A DNA stretch of 64,000 nt. Source: a virus (taxonomy: Duplodnaviria; Caudoviricetes). The position numbers were made by a program, and so were the translations under genes. The stretch is from the IMG/VR virus record IMGVR_UViG_3300021400_001327, positions 1-64,000 of that record, one strand, 5' to 3'. Below are positions 21,740 through 31,239 of the stretch, piece after piece (the stretch's first letter is position 1; each line of letters starts with the position of its first letter). The notes under the pieces were generated by a model. It saw nothing but the letters and a program-made list of their open reading frames with translations. It was not told where the DNA came from and did not search any database.

Positions 21740-23848
21740 TTATAATAGTTTGCGCATACGCAATTGCGCGTTTGCGGCCACACCGTGATTCGACCTGATA
21801 ATCAGTCTTGCTCCATCTGCTTGCTTCTCGACAACGAAGTCTGATATGGCATTGTCTCCACGCATCGACTGCCCTTCCATAATGACAGCGTTGGCGATAC
21901 GCGATATCGTAAATTTGATATGCGCCGTTCCAGACGCACTGGCAAAGCCGATGTAGTTCATCCCCGGCACCGTATTGTTCGCCCTATATCTCATATAACT
22001 ACGGTAGTGAGTGGCGTCTGTATCGTTATCGAACCATGCCAGTATATCAGTATCTGTAATGGCTCCGATCAGCAGACTGCCGACCCACACATCGCCATCT
22101 TGTAGGTTGATGTTTTCTGTGAATATGTCGCTTGTTTCTGGCACGGCGAATCGCTGCTCTCTTACTATAACACTGTCACTCGTTCCGATTCCAAGCGTCT
22201 GCTTTAGCGCGTCGACAGTTGTTTTATTCTCAAGAGCGACGACTTTGCCTCTGAGATCAGAGACGTCGCTATTGATTGTGCCGATGCTTCCATTAATACC
22301 GCTGATTTGACCGTTGATGTTCGCAATATCGCCGGACACCTGCTTGATGTTGTTTCCGCCGATATATACATTCCAACCACTGTTGATAGACACGGCTCCC
22401 GCCTCGCCCTGGTCAAGAGCTTTTGCCGCCATTCCGATACCGACCGACTTACCGCCGTTCAGGAAATGCAGAACGTACGCCGCTGTCGGCACGGCGACGG
22501 TGGCTGTCGCCTGATTGCCGATAACGTCCGTGATATAGACCGTTACGCTATGGCTGGCGTCCGCAGAGAACAACCCTCCGCCGATTTTCGATGGTGCTCC
22601 GTATGTAAACGCTGGGTCGGCCACAGTCCTGTCTGACGACTCACCGGCTATCCTGTATCTGATGACGTTGGCCGTCGAGTTTAGGTTGTTGACCATTGCG
22701 TATGTATACCACACCGTCACATTGACATATGTGCCAACGTCGCTCGTTCTTCCGTTCTCGTCACATCTCTGTGCCACGACAGATGAGATGCTTGGCGGCG
22801 CATATGGTGTCACTGTGATTTGACTCGGCGCCAACACAGTACACGTCCTCCCACGGCTGTCCGTTACGACCGCCTGTATCGCATAGTTTCCGCTTGCCGT
22901 CAGCAAGCCCGATGTTCCGACATATGCGTTGCCAGACGCGGAGCCGTTTGCACTCGAACCCCAGCCGGAGAACACAACGCTCCTGATGGTGCTGCCTCTC
23001 GCACCAGCCACGTTAGCCAGAGACAGGTTTATCCTGCTGAAGCCCTGTACATATATGTTTGACCACGACCGAGGTGCACCCGTTGTCAGCGGCGACACAG
23101 ACAGAGCGCCAGCCGTCGGGACGACATCGCTCGGTACATTGAATGTGAACGTATAGGTAACAGGAGCGCCGACCTGGGCGCCGCCGCTGTATGTTGTCAG
23201 CGTGACCGAGCCCTGTCCGCTCGCGCTGTTCGGCACATACTGGCACATATCGAGGTCGGTGACCAATGAAGACGAAGTCAGGCCAGCCGCCAGTGTCTCC
23301 GTCAGTACCGTGTGATCGCCGATTTTCCACTCGACACGGTGAGTATATGAGCTATCAACAGGCGCCACATTCAACGTGATAGTGCCGCCCGCTGTTACCG
23401 TTGTAACAGTTACGGTGCCCGTAGAGTTTGGCAGTTTATATGTGACAGTTAGCTCGATATCAGAGAATGCGCATCGCGTATACCCTACAGTTGTTCCACC
23501 GTCCGCGTGCCATGTGTATGATACCGGCAACACGCCAAACGTGCCGCCGCTCATAGAAGATAGCCACGATGTGACGTTCTTTACGTTGGCGCCGTTTCCA
23601 AGCGGCACACCGATGCCGTTCGCGATAGCATGAGCATCGCCGCCAGCCGCCTTACTAAGCGTTGTGTTCAGGGTGGCAGAGATGACAGTACTGCCTTTTG
23701 TAATAGCCGATAAATCAAAATTGACCGGCTGTGACGGAGTCGACGGCCAGCCATATATGATATCGATGGGGTCGGTGATGTACTTGACCGACCATGTTGA
23801 TTTCAGCGTAAAGCCTTCCGCTGTTCTTGTGATTACGGGATTCGCCAT
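21740..23848 (-). CDS. Minor tail protein (DUF859-like)
   Basis: YVQGFS, VTDSRGR, YAPPSI...QRCD..G, VGIG motifs typical of siphovirus DUF859 proteins. Confidence 0.75.
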   Translation of the reverse strand: MANPVITRTAEGFTLKSTWSVKYITDPIDIIYGWPSTPSQPVNFDLSAITKGSTVISATLNTTLSKAAGGDAHAIANGIGVPLGNGANVKNVTSWLSSMSGGTFGVLPVSYTWHADGGTTVGYTRCAFSDIELTVTYKLPNSTGTVTVTTVTAGGTITLNVAPVDSSYTHRVEWKIGDHTVLTETLAAGLTSSSLVTDLDMCQYVPNSASGQGSVTLTTYSGGAQVGAPVTYTFTFNVPSDVVPTAGALSVSPLTTGAPRSWSNIYVQGFSRINLSLANVAGARGSTIRSVVFSGWGSSANGSASGNAYVGTSGLLTASGNYAIQAVVTDSRGRTCTVLAPSQITVTPYAPPSISSVVAQRCDENGRTSDVGTYVNVTVWYTYAMVNNLNSTANVIRYRIAGESSDRTVADPAFTYGAPSKIGGGLFSADASHSVTVYITDVIGNQATATVAVPTAAYVLHFLNGGKSVGIGMAAKALDQGEAGAVSINSGWNVYIGGNNIKQVSGDIANINGQISGINGSIGTINSDVSDLRGKVVALENKTTVDALKQTLGIGTSDSVIVREQRFAVPETSDIFTENINLQDGDVWVGSLLIGAITDTDILAWFDNDTDATHYRSYMRYRANNTVPGMNYIGFASASGTAHIKFTISRIANAVIMEGQSMRGDNAISDFVVEKQADGARLIIRSNHGVAANAQLRMRKLL

Positions 23849-23860
23849 TTTCTCACCGCC

Positions 23861-24775
23861 TTACCCGACATATATCAGTGCCATGCCTGTATCCGTCGGG
23901 ATGAAGGCGAACTGGCCTATGGTCAGACGCGAGTTGATTTTCGCGTCAGTGATGTTCATTGTCTGATTGTTGATATATGCGACCTTCGATCCGTTGTCGT
24001 TGAACGCTAGCTCCTGATTAGACAAGTCGACCGTGAACTTATGGCCCTGAGCGTCCGGCTCGTCCTTACCGAGATGGATACCGTCAGCGTCGAATCTCTG
24101 CCACGCCGACGACTTCTTGATGTACTGGTCGTTCTCGGTTGTAATGGTCTCAACGGTCGTGAACCTGTTCTCGATTTCGTCCTGCCGCTGTGTGACAGTG
24201 GTCATTGTCTCGTTCTTGATTTGCTCAAGATCGCCCCTGTACGACTCACTGCTCCGCACAGTCGACACGATGTTGTCCGGGCTCAGCTTAATTTCTGTCT
24301 CAGTCACACGATCGGTCAGCTTGGCGATATCTTCCTCTGCATCTTCGGGCGCCGGTGTCCAGTCCGTCGGGAAAGTCCCCTGTTCCAGCATCGCCCGATG
24401 AAAGTAAAACGAACAGTCGCTGTCCAGAAAAACGTATATTGCGTCCATGTCTGGGTCGAGCTCTTCGCTGACGACGGTGATCCTCTGCCATTCATTCTTT
24501 GGCATCTCGAAGACCTCTGTCGTATCGTTCATCGTTACAATGACGCCAGCCGTCCGCGACGGCGAGATCGCACTGTTATTGTCCATATCGCTGATGGACA
24601 TGTCCACTGTAGATTCTGGGTCATCGAACGCATAAACCCACATAGAAAATGTATACGCCCCCGCTGGGTGCGGGAGCGCTTCTATTCTGTATGCCGATCC
24701 TAATGCGTCCTGTATCATGACTACTTTGTCGTTCTGGCCAGTCATGACCTCTGTCGTCAGGGTTGATATTGTCAC
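23861..24775 (-). CDS. Tail protein (Gp58-like C-terminal module)
   Basis: LEQGTFPTDWTPAPED; F.D.G.KVAYI.N..M.I.DA.I...L.IG.FAF.P. Confidence 0.7.
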   Translation of the reverse strand: MTISTLTTEVMTGQNDKVVMIQDALGSAYRIEALPHPAGAYTFSMWVYAFDDPESTVDMSISDMDNNSAISPSRTAGVIVTMNDTTEVFEMPKNEWQRITVVSEELDPDMDAIYVFLDSDCSFYFHRAMLEQGTFPTDWTPAPEDAEEDIAKLTDRVTETEIKLSPDNIVSTVRSSESYRGDLEQIKNETMTTVTQRQDEIENRFTTVETITTENDQYIKKSSAWQRFDADGIHLGKDEPDAQGHKFTVDLSNQELAFNDNGSKVAYINNQTMNITDAKINSRLTIGQFAFIPTDTGMALIYVG

Positions 24776-25197
24776 ATTGCTTCACTTCCTTTACATGACG
24801 CATAGGCGCGGTATGTGCTTACATTATAATATCCATACATTCCAAGAGCACCATTTTGGCAAGCCGCTTCTGGTACGCCTCCTGCGTGTACATAATGACC
24901 AGATACCACAACATCACTGCTTGAATACTCTGCGGCTTTTCCGTCTACTATGCGCCCGTTGTTATCTACAAACGCCAACGGTCTTCCTGCGGTTTTGCCC
25001 GTTGCATTTATAGTAAACTTGTCTCCTGCACTGCATGAAATCAAAGCACAGCGATATAATTGACTGTCACTTGGGGTTAAATCATTATCTTGATTATTCT
25101 GTATATATATAACCTTATGTTCTGTCATCGTTATGACGTTTTTCCCTGTGATGAACGTTAATGCGCTCGTTCTTTGCCTCAGAAACCTGGACAACAT
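24772..25197 (-). CDS. Hypothetical protein, fibre-domain-like fragment
   Basis: ORF track; more AT-rich than its neighbours. Confidence 0.4.
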   Translation of the reverse strand: MLSRFLRQRTSALTFITGKNVITMTEHKVIYIQNNQDNDLTPSDSQLYRCALISCSAGDKFTINATGKTAGRPLAFVDNNGRIVDGKAAEYSSSDVVVSGHYVHAGGVPEAACQNGALGMYGYYNVSTYRAYASCKGSEAM

Positions 25198-25263
25198 TGT
25201 CAGTAGCGCCGCTCATAACAACAGTGTCGAGGTTTATTACCTTCGCCATAACATCACCGCCTA

Positions 25264-25479
25264 TTACTCGATGACGTTGATCATATCGAGCAGCATCATT
25301 TTCGCCAACGCAAGCGTGATGTTGTCAGGCTCGCTATTCATAAAATCGATATCGTATAACGTTTTTTCGTCGAGAAAACTGAGATCGTAATCGTCAATAT
25401 CGTTCAGAGCGCCAAGGACTTTGGCTGTCGCCCAGCGTTTCAGAAGCCGTTTCAGCAATGTATATTCTACGACATCCAT
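25264..25479 (-). CDS. Hypothetical protein
   Basis: 71-aa ORF in the operon. Confidence 0.55.
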   Translation of the reverse strand: MDVVEYTLLKRLLKRWATAKVLGALNDIDDYDLSFLDEKTLYDIDFMNSEPDNITLALAKMMLLDMINVIE

Positions 25480-25484
25480 TTACA

Positions 25485-25703
25485 TCACACTTCTTCGCTG
25501 GCATCATGCCATTTATTGTCGTTACCGAGTATGAATATCACCTTCAGGTCTGGCGTATAAGCGACGGATCCAGGAGCGCAACGTTCAGAGGCCAGGACAC
25601 TCTGGTTGTCTGGCAGCGACGCGACATCAGATTTGCTGTCGATCAGATATGTTTTATGCATAGACGAATTATATGTCTGTCCGATTTTCAACAGTGTAAC
25701 CAC
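25485..25703 (-). CDS. Hypothetical protein (small fibre-associated family)
   Basis: AAGGAGG RBS; CAPGSVAY...ILGNDNKW motif. Confidence 0.6.
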   Translation of the reverse strand: MVTLLKIGQTYNSSMHKTYLIDSKSDVASLPDNQSVLASERCAPGSVAYTPDLKVIFILGNDNKWHDASEEV

Positions 25704-25738
25704 ACTATCGCCTCCTTATTTCATTTTCTGTATATAAT

Positions 25739-25885
25739 TTATTTTTCAAACTGTTCTCCTGTAATCTCTTCATATTCATCTTTTCTGATCCATCCCTTAA
25801 TCACAGCATTCTTAACAGCCTTCTTCTTCCAGAATCCGGCTTTATAATAACCTTTAACTAATTCAAACTTCTCACTATGTTCCAT
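25739..25885 (-). CDS. XkdX-family protein (48 aa; absent from the ORF track)
   Basis: MEHSEKFELVKGYYKAGFWKKKAVKNAVIKGWIRKDEYEEITGEQFEK; its ATG overlaps the upstream TGA. Confidence 0.85.
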   Translation of the reverse strand: MEHSEKFELVKGYYKAGFWKKKAVKNAVIKGWIRKDEYEEITGEQFEK

Positions 25886-26043
25886 CACTCTTCCTCCTCT
25901 TCATCTTCTTCTGCGTTAGGATCTTCGAGCAGACCCATCATGATATTGTAATCAGTGATCGCTTTCAGCTGCGCGGCCCTCGCCTGCGTGTTCTCACTCT
26001 CGTGCCGCTGCAGGATCGTTTCTGTCGGTCTGATAACTTTCAT
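25885..26043 (-). CDS. Small protein upstream of XkdX (52 aa; absent from the ORF track)
   Basis: MKVIRPTETILQRHESENTQARAAQLKAITDYNIMMGLLEDPNAEEDEEEE; GAGG RBS. Confidence 0.7.
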   Translation of the reverse strand: MKVIRPTETILQRHESENTQARAAQLKAITDYNIMMGLLEDPNAEEDEEEEE

Positions 26044-26108
26044 ATACCTCTTCCTTTCCGGCATTCAACAATGCCTTTACCTTCTTACAAGATTCGATAT
26101 CGATATTA

Positions 26109-26132
26109 CCCCTCCGGTGGTGGCCGGAGGGG
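26109..26132. promoter_or_regulatory. GC hairpin just downstream of the fibre gene (DGR-type target hairpin candidate)
   Basis: CCCCTCCGG-TGGTGG-CCGGAGGGG, 10 nt after the stop, with no U-tract in the sense direction. Confidence 0.5.
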
Positions 26133-26142
26133 ATGAAAAATG

Positions 26143-29100
26143 TTAAGATTTGGAAATTTTACAGGCGGGGCGCCCCCTCAGCGCCTCGGACGCGCCTGAG
26201 CCGCCGCCGACCATGCCTCCGAAGTTGACAAACCACACGTAGTGGGCGTGTGGGCGATTGCACGAACGCAAGCGCACAACGACAGGGGACGAGTGGTCGT
26301 CGAGCCTGTGGCTGATCAGGATTGGATACGTATTGCCCTGCAAGAACTTGCCGGAAAGCCCGGCCTCCTGTGCGAGCGTCTTATAATAATCCCAATCCTT
26401 ACCTTCGACATTGGCGAATTGCGGTGTGATGTAGGTCTCCTGCAGGCTCTTCAGGAAGATCCGATCCGTCGTCGTTTCGGTCGTGACAGAACCGGAAGAA
26501 TCAAAATTGTTCAATGCGGTTACAACCTCGACCGGCTCAAGGATATTCAGGAAGTCCTCGGAACACCCGGCCAGCCAGCCGCGCAGTGTCGCTGCCGCAG
26601 CAGGCGGCCTGTCCCAATCGTTCTGCGGTGTCCACCAGTCCCCGGCCGCCGCTGTAGAATTCAGGTACTGTCGCATCGCTGACTGGCTCCAGCGGTTATA
26701 TCCATACACGACACGGCTGACGGCGTTCAGCTGCCCGGACGGCGTGTGCGCGTTTGTCGCGCCGATCGTGCCAAGAGATGTTCCGCCTGTCCCGTTCGAC
26801 GTCGTACCGTGTTCCTTCGATACAGTTGAGCCCTTTGCGTATACGTTCCATGTTCTCCCGTTCGTCGGGTTGTTGGCGTTGTTCGTCCCGCAGTCAATGA
26901 CCAACTGATCACCCTCCACCATCGCGTTTGCCAGCGTGAACTTGATCGCCTTCCCGGCAACCCAGCCGCTACCGAAATTGACACCGATATCGATGTGATA
27001 CGTCCCGGCTGGCAGCCCGCCTGCCGCCGCGTAATAGATCGCCTCTGGCTCATCGAACGGTACACCGTCCGGCGTTGCGTAATGTTGCTCAAGATATGTC
27101 CCGTCAGCACCGTGATGTACCACATCCCAGGGTGCGTCGTAATTTGTACCGCCCGCAGCATTCTCCCAGGTATCAGAAATCTGTGAACCGACAGGTGCGT
27201 ACTCTTGAATCAACCCTGCTTTAACCAACTTTTTAAATGTACTCCAATTATCGATTTCATCATGGAATGCGGCTACCGTCTGAGCTAACTGTAAAACAGA
27301 AATTTCATCGCTTGTGCCGGCTTTGATTTTGAGATCGCCTGCGAGAGTCTCGTTGCCGTTCCAATCGAGAGTTCTGGCGTTAGATCTTGTATTATTTGTG
27401 CCGTTTCCAACAATCTCAACATAATTGCCTTTATGATAACTATCAGCTTCTGAATTATCCGGAACATTGAATTCACCAAAGACATGCTGCGACATATGGT
27501 TTGCAACAGTACCGGTACCTTCAGCATGAGCATTGAAGCCAGATGCGACAGTATCGCCACCTTCAGCGTGAGCATTTATGCCAGATGCGGTAGTACTGCC
27601 ACCTTCGGCGTGAGCTTGTGGACCAGATGCGGTAGTACCGCCACCTTCAGCGTGAGCGTTTACATTGGATGCGGTAGTAGTTCCGCCTTCAGCGTGAGCG
27701 TTTACACCAGACGCGGTAGCACTGTAGCCAATTGCAGAAGAATTATTACCAGACGCCAAACTGCCGTTTCCTGCAGCGATTGCGCTGGAACCAGTAGCAT
27801 CGCTGCTGCCAAGTTTTAATGAACCAGCTATCCATTCATTGCCGTTCCAGTCTAACATTCTGGCATTAGATCTTGCATTATAGGTGCCGTTTCCAACTAT
27901 CTCTACATAATTGCCTCTTTCATTACTCTCAGCTGATGAATCATCTGGAATATTATATTCGCCAAAGACATGCTGAGCATTATGGTTAGCTACAGTATTA
28001 CTTCCTTCAGCGTGAGCACATGAACCAGATGCGGTAGTACTGCCGCCTTCAGCATGAGCACATAAACCAGATGCGGTAGTACTGCCGCCTTCAGCATGAG
28101 CCTGTGCGCCAGATGCGGTAGTACTGCCGCCTTCAGCATGAGCATTTGCATCAGATGCTGTAGTGCCACTGCCTTCAGCGTGAGCACATGAACCAGATGC
28201 GGTGACGCTTCCACCCATTGCAGAAGAATAATCACCAGACGCCAGACTTCCGCCTCCCGTGGCGATTGCGCCGTACCCTGTTGCTCTTGATCCACCACCA
28301 ACAGCGAGAGCGCCGCTATTATGTGTCGCAGTGCTTCCATCACCTATAGCAATACCATGTCCAGATACAGTTTGCGACATATTGCTACTACCAAGTTTTA
28401 ATGAACCAGATATCCATTCGTTGCCGCTCCAATCAAGGGTGCGAGCGTTAGAACGACTTTGTTCAGTACCGTTACCGACGATTTCTGCATATAAACCTTC
28501 AGTGGTGGAGTTACCTGATTCTTGTATGTTGTATTTACCAAAAACATGTTGCGTTTTTCTCGAAGCAATAGTATGACCACCTTCAGCGTGAGAATTTTCA
28601 CCAATGGCTGCAGTATTATAGCCTTCAGCGTGAGAATTCATACCTGACGCTACAGTTTCATATCCTTCTGCGTGAGAATCGCTACCAGACGCTACTGTTT
28701 GATAGCCTTCGGCGTGAGAATAATAATTTGTAGCACAAGTGTTATATCCTTCGGAATGCGACGCTTGTGCTCTGGCACCAGTAAGATATTTATTTGATGA
28801 AATAGTAATTTCTTTATTATAACGGTATCCTTCTGCATGAGCTCCCTCTCCAGTTGCCTTTGTTTGGTATCCTTCTGCGTGAGATGTATTGGAAGCCTGC
28901 GTTTGACACCCTTCTGAATGACTACCTAAATCGGCAGCCATTGTTAAATATCCTTCTGAATGTGATGCATTTCCGTATGCTCCTGGTATATATGAATCAC
29001 CAGCTACATCAATACTGTTATTATTTGATCCATATCCTTCAGCATGAGCCTGAGGGCCTTTCGCGTATGTTGCGTGTCCTTCAGCATGAGAGTATGGACT

Positions 29101-30006
29101 ATCGGCCGTTGAGTATGCGCCTTCAGAGTGTGCGTATGAGCTATTCGCTTTTGTTTGGTATCCTTCTGCGTGAGAGTAAGAACCTAACGACTCTGAGTTA
29201 TATCCTTCTGCGTGTGAATTTTCACCAGAAGCAGTAGTAGCGCTACCTTCTGCATGTGATCCACTGCCGGAAGCAGTAGTGCCGCCGCCTTCTGCATGCG
29301 ATTGTGAACCTGAAGCGCTGGTACCGCCTCCTTCAGCGTGGGCATTTACACCAGACGCGGTGGTGCCAATGCCTTCAGCGTGTGAACAATTATTAGACGC
29401 TCTTGTACCGGAACCTTCAGCATGTGAGTTATCGCCGGAAGCAGTAGTACCGCCACCTTCTGCATGGGAGCCAGCTCCAGATGCTGTCGTCCCAGCACCT
29501 TCTGAGTGAGCGCCAAAAGCTGTTGCGTGAGTTGTCCCACCTTCTGCGTGAGAATAACCGCCTGTCGCTTGCGTATTATTTCCCTCTGCGTGAGACCACT
29601 CACCAGATGCAAGAGTGCCGTTGCCTTCGGCATGCGAAATTTCGCCAATGGCTGCAGTGTTATATCCCTCTGCATAGGACATATTTCCTGTTGCTGAAAC
29701 TTCGTCACCCAGCGCCACGCTCTTCGCTCCAACCGTAATCCCGGCTTTCCTTCCCATACTCAGCGTAGTATTCAGTACAGTATCTGTCTTATCAGCTTTA
29801 TCGTTCATCGCGCTCTCGACGTCCTGCATGACACCGTCAACAGACTCCTGCAGCTCCCCGACAGCGGCATCGATTATTTTCATATTACTGTCGTCCCCTG
29901 TCCCGGCGATCTTCGCACGCCAGGCAGAGAACTTCATTTGTTTGTCCTCAGCGCTATTCGAGATGAGGTTAAGTCCTAAATTTTCGGTTTGTTCCATTTT
30001 CTTCAC
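26143..30006 (-). CDS. Tail fibre/adhesin: YadA-head-like 14-aa HAEG repeats plus a DUF6273/C-lectin-like C-terminal domain
   Basis: Dozens of xSHAEGxxTxASG repeats; C-terminal YNRWSQSAMRQYLNS...DRIFL...RLRS...RPAC. Confidence 0.8.
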   Translation of the reverse strand: MKKMEQTENLGLNLISNSAEDKQMKFSAWRAKIAGTGDDSNMKIIDAAVGELQESVDGVMQDVESAMNDKADKTDTVLNTTLSMGRKAGITVGAKSVALGDEVSATGNMSYAEGYNTAAIGEISHAEGNGTLASGEWSHAEGNNTQATGGYSHAEGGTTHATAFGAHSEGAGTTASGAGSHAEGGGTTASGDNSHAEGSGTRASNNCSHAEGIGTTASGVNAHAEGGGTSASGSQSHAEGGGTTASGSGSHAEGSATTASGENSHAEGYNSESLGSYSHAEGYQTKANSSYAHSEGAYSTADSPYSHAEGHATYAKGPQAHAEGYGSNNNSIDVAGDSYIPGAYGNASHSEGYLTMAADLGSHSEGCQTQASNTSHAEGYQTKATGEGAHAEGYRYNKEITISSNKYLTGARAQASHSEGYNTCATNYYSHAEGYQTVASGSDSHAEGYETVASGMNSHAEGYNTAAIGENSHAEGGHTIASRKTQHVFGKYNIQESGNSTTEGLYAEIVGNGTEQSRSNARTLDWSGNEWISGSLKLGSSNMSQTVSGHGIAIGDGSTATHNSGALAVGGGSRATGYGAIATGGGSLASGDYSSAMGGSVTASGSCAHAEGSGTTASDANAHAEGGSTTASGAQAHAEGGSTTASGLCAHAEGGSTTASGSCAHAEGSNTVANHNAQHVFGEYNIPDDSSAESNERGNYVEIVGNGTYNARSNARMLDWNGNEWIAGSLKLGSSDATGSSAIAAGNGSLASGNNSSAIGYSATASGVNAHAEGGTTTASNVNAHAEGGGTTASGPQAHAEGGSTTASGINAHAEGGDTVASGFNAHAEGTGTVANHMSQHVFGEFNVPDNSEADSYHKGNYVEIVGNGTNNTRSNARTLDWNGNETLAGDLKIKAGTSDEISVLQLAQTVAAFHDEIDNWSTFKKLVKAGLIQEYAPVGSQISDTWENAAGGTNYDAPWDVVHHGADGTYLEQHYATPDGVPFDEPEAIYYAAAGGLPAGTYHIDIGVNFGSGWVAGKAIKFTLANAMVEGDQLVIDCGTNNANNPTNGRTWNVYAKGSTVSKEHGTTSNGTGGTSLGTIGATNAHTPSGQLNAVSRVVYGYNRWSQSAMRQYLNSTAAAGDWWTPQNDWDRPPAAAATLRGWLAGCSEDFLNILEPVEVVTALNNFDSSGSVTTETTTDRIFLKSLQETYITPQFANVEGKDWDYYKTLAQEAGLSGKFLQGNTYPILISHRLDDHSSPVVVRLRSCNRPHAHYVWFVNFGGMVGGGSGASEALRGRPACKISKS

Positions 30007-30021
30007 CTCGTGTTAAGTAGA

Positions 30022-30048
30022 CGGCTGCCGCCACAAAAGCGGCAGCCG
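30022..30048. terminator. Hairpin, possible terminator or processing stem
   Basis: CGGCTGCCGC-loop-GCGGCAGCCG. Confidence 0.4.
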
Positions 30049-30064
30049 GTGTAAAATTGTTACT

Positions 30065-30316
30065 TTATTCTAATGCAACGTTACAATTCAGATACGTCTT
30101 ATACGCATCATCACTACCCGTCGCTGTATTCGGATTGAGCGTGATCTTATTCGGATCGTTGTTCCATATGACACTCGGAGTCGTAGAGATCCAGGACTGG
30201 CTCTGCCGCCCGTCGCGGTATCCTTCGTCGTAAGCATCATTGATCAGTTTCTTGATCTCAGCTTCCGGGATCTCAATCTTGCCGTCTTTGTCTTTAACTA
30301 AGATAATAGGTTTCAT
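30065..30316 (-). CDS. Hypothetical protein
   Basis: AGGAGGT RBS; 83 aa. Confidence 0.65.
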   Translation of the reverse strand: MKPIILVKDKDGKIEIPEAEIKKLINDAYDEGYRDGRQSQSWISTTPSVIWNNDPNKITLNPNTATGSDDAYKTYLNCNVALE

Positions 30317-30354
30317 AATAATACCTCCTCTGTGTTGGTCATGCTGTCACATCA

Positions 30355-31221
30355 TCATGACAGGAGAGCAAGCAGCGCTTTCAGCTGGGCCGGGGTGATG
30401 GTCACTTCGTCATCGGTTCCCATGCCCAATGTCAGACCACCAGCCAGCTTCTCATTACCGGACCAATCAAGGGTACGGGCGTTGGAAAGTTTGTGAGAAT
30501 TAGCACCATTGCCAACGATTTCCGCGAAATTGCCGCGACTCGTTGCCGCAGCACTCGAATCGTCTACCACATTATATTCGCCAAATACATGCTGTGACGC
30601 ATGGTTAGCCACAGTACCCAAACCCTCAGCGTGGGCATAAGACCCGGAAGCCGTTGTCTCGCATCCCTCAGCGTGCGCGTAATCTTTTGATGCTGTTGTC
30701 GAATATCCTTCGGCATGCGAACAGGAACCACTTGCAACAGTGTTGCTACCTTCCGCATGAGAATAGTTTCCAGACGCCGCTGTGGAATTACCCTCAGCAT
30801 GAGAGGCGATTTTTGATGCCTGTGAAGACTTGCCCTCAGCATGCGAACCGGAGCCGCTTGCAACAGCGCCGTTGCCTTCTGCGTGAGAATTACCGGCAAT
30901 GGCTTGCGTGTCACTTCCTTCTGCGTGACTACACATACCAGACGCAAGTGTGTGAGAACCCTGTGCTGTGGCGCCAAATCCAGAAGCCGTCGTGCTGTTT
31001 CCGACGGCAGCAGCATAGTCCGCCGACACCGTGCAGATTCCAGTAACAAACCTCCCGGTCGCCGGGAAGTGCGCCTCAAGATCCCCCACCCTCGTTTTCG
31101 CATTGCCGACTTCAGTGTCGATTATTTCAAGGTTAGAATTGTAAGTGCCGTCATGACTATTCAACAGATCAAGACCCAAATTGTCTGTCTGGTGTACCTC
31201 TACAATGATTGTATCTGACAT
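30355..31221 (-). CDS. HAEG-repeat fibre protein, paralogue 2
   Basis: SHAEG repeats and the QHVFGEYN...EIVGNG...NARTLDWSGNE module. Confidence 0.75.
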   Translation of the reverse strand: MSDTIIVEVHQTDNLGLDLLNSHDGTYNSNLEIIDTEVGNAKTRVGDLEAHFPATGRFVTGICTVSADYAAAVGNSTTASGFGATAQGSHTLASGMCSHAEGSDTQAIAGNSHAEGNGAVASGSGSHAEGKSSQASKIASHAEGNSTAASGNYSHAEGSNTVASGSCSHAEGYSTTASKDYAHAEGCETTASGSYAHAEGLGTVANHASQHVFGEYNVVDDSSAAATSRGNFAEIVGNGANSHKLSNARTLDWSGNEKLAGGLTLGMGTDDEVTITPAQLKALLALLS

Positions 31222-31239
31222 ATATTTCCATCTCCTTTA

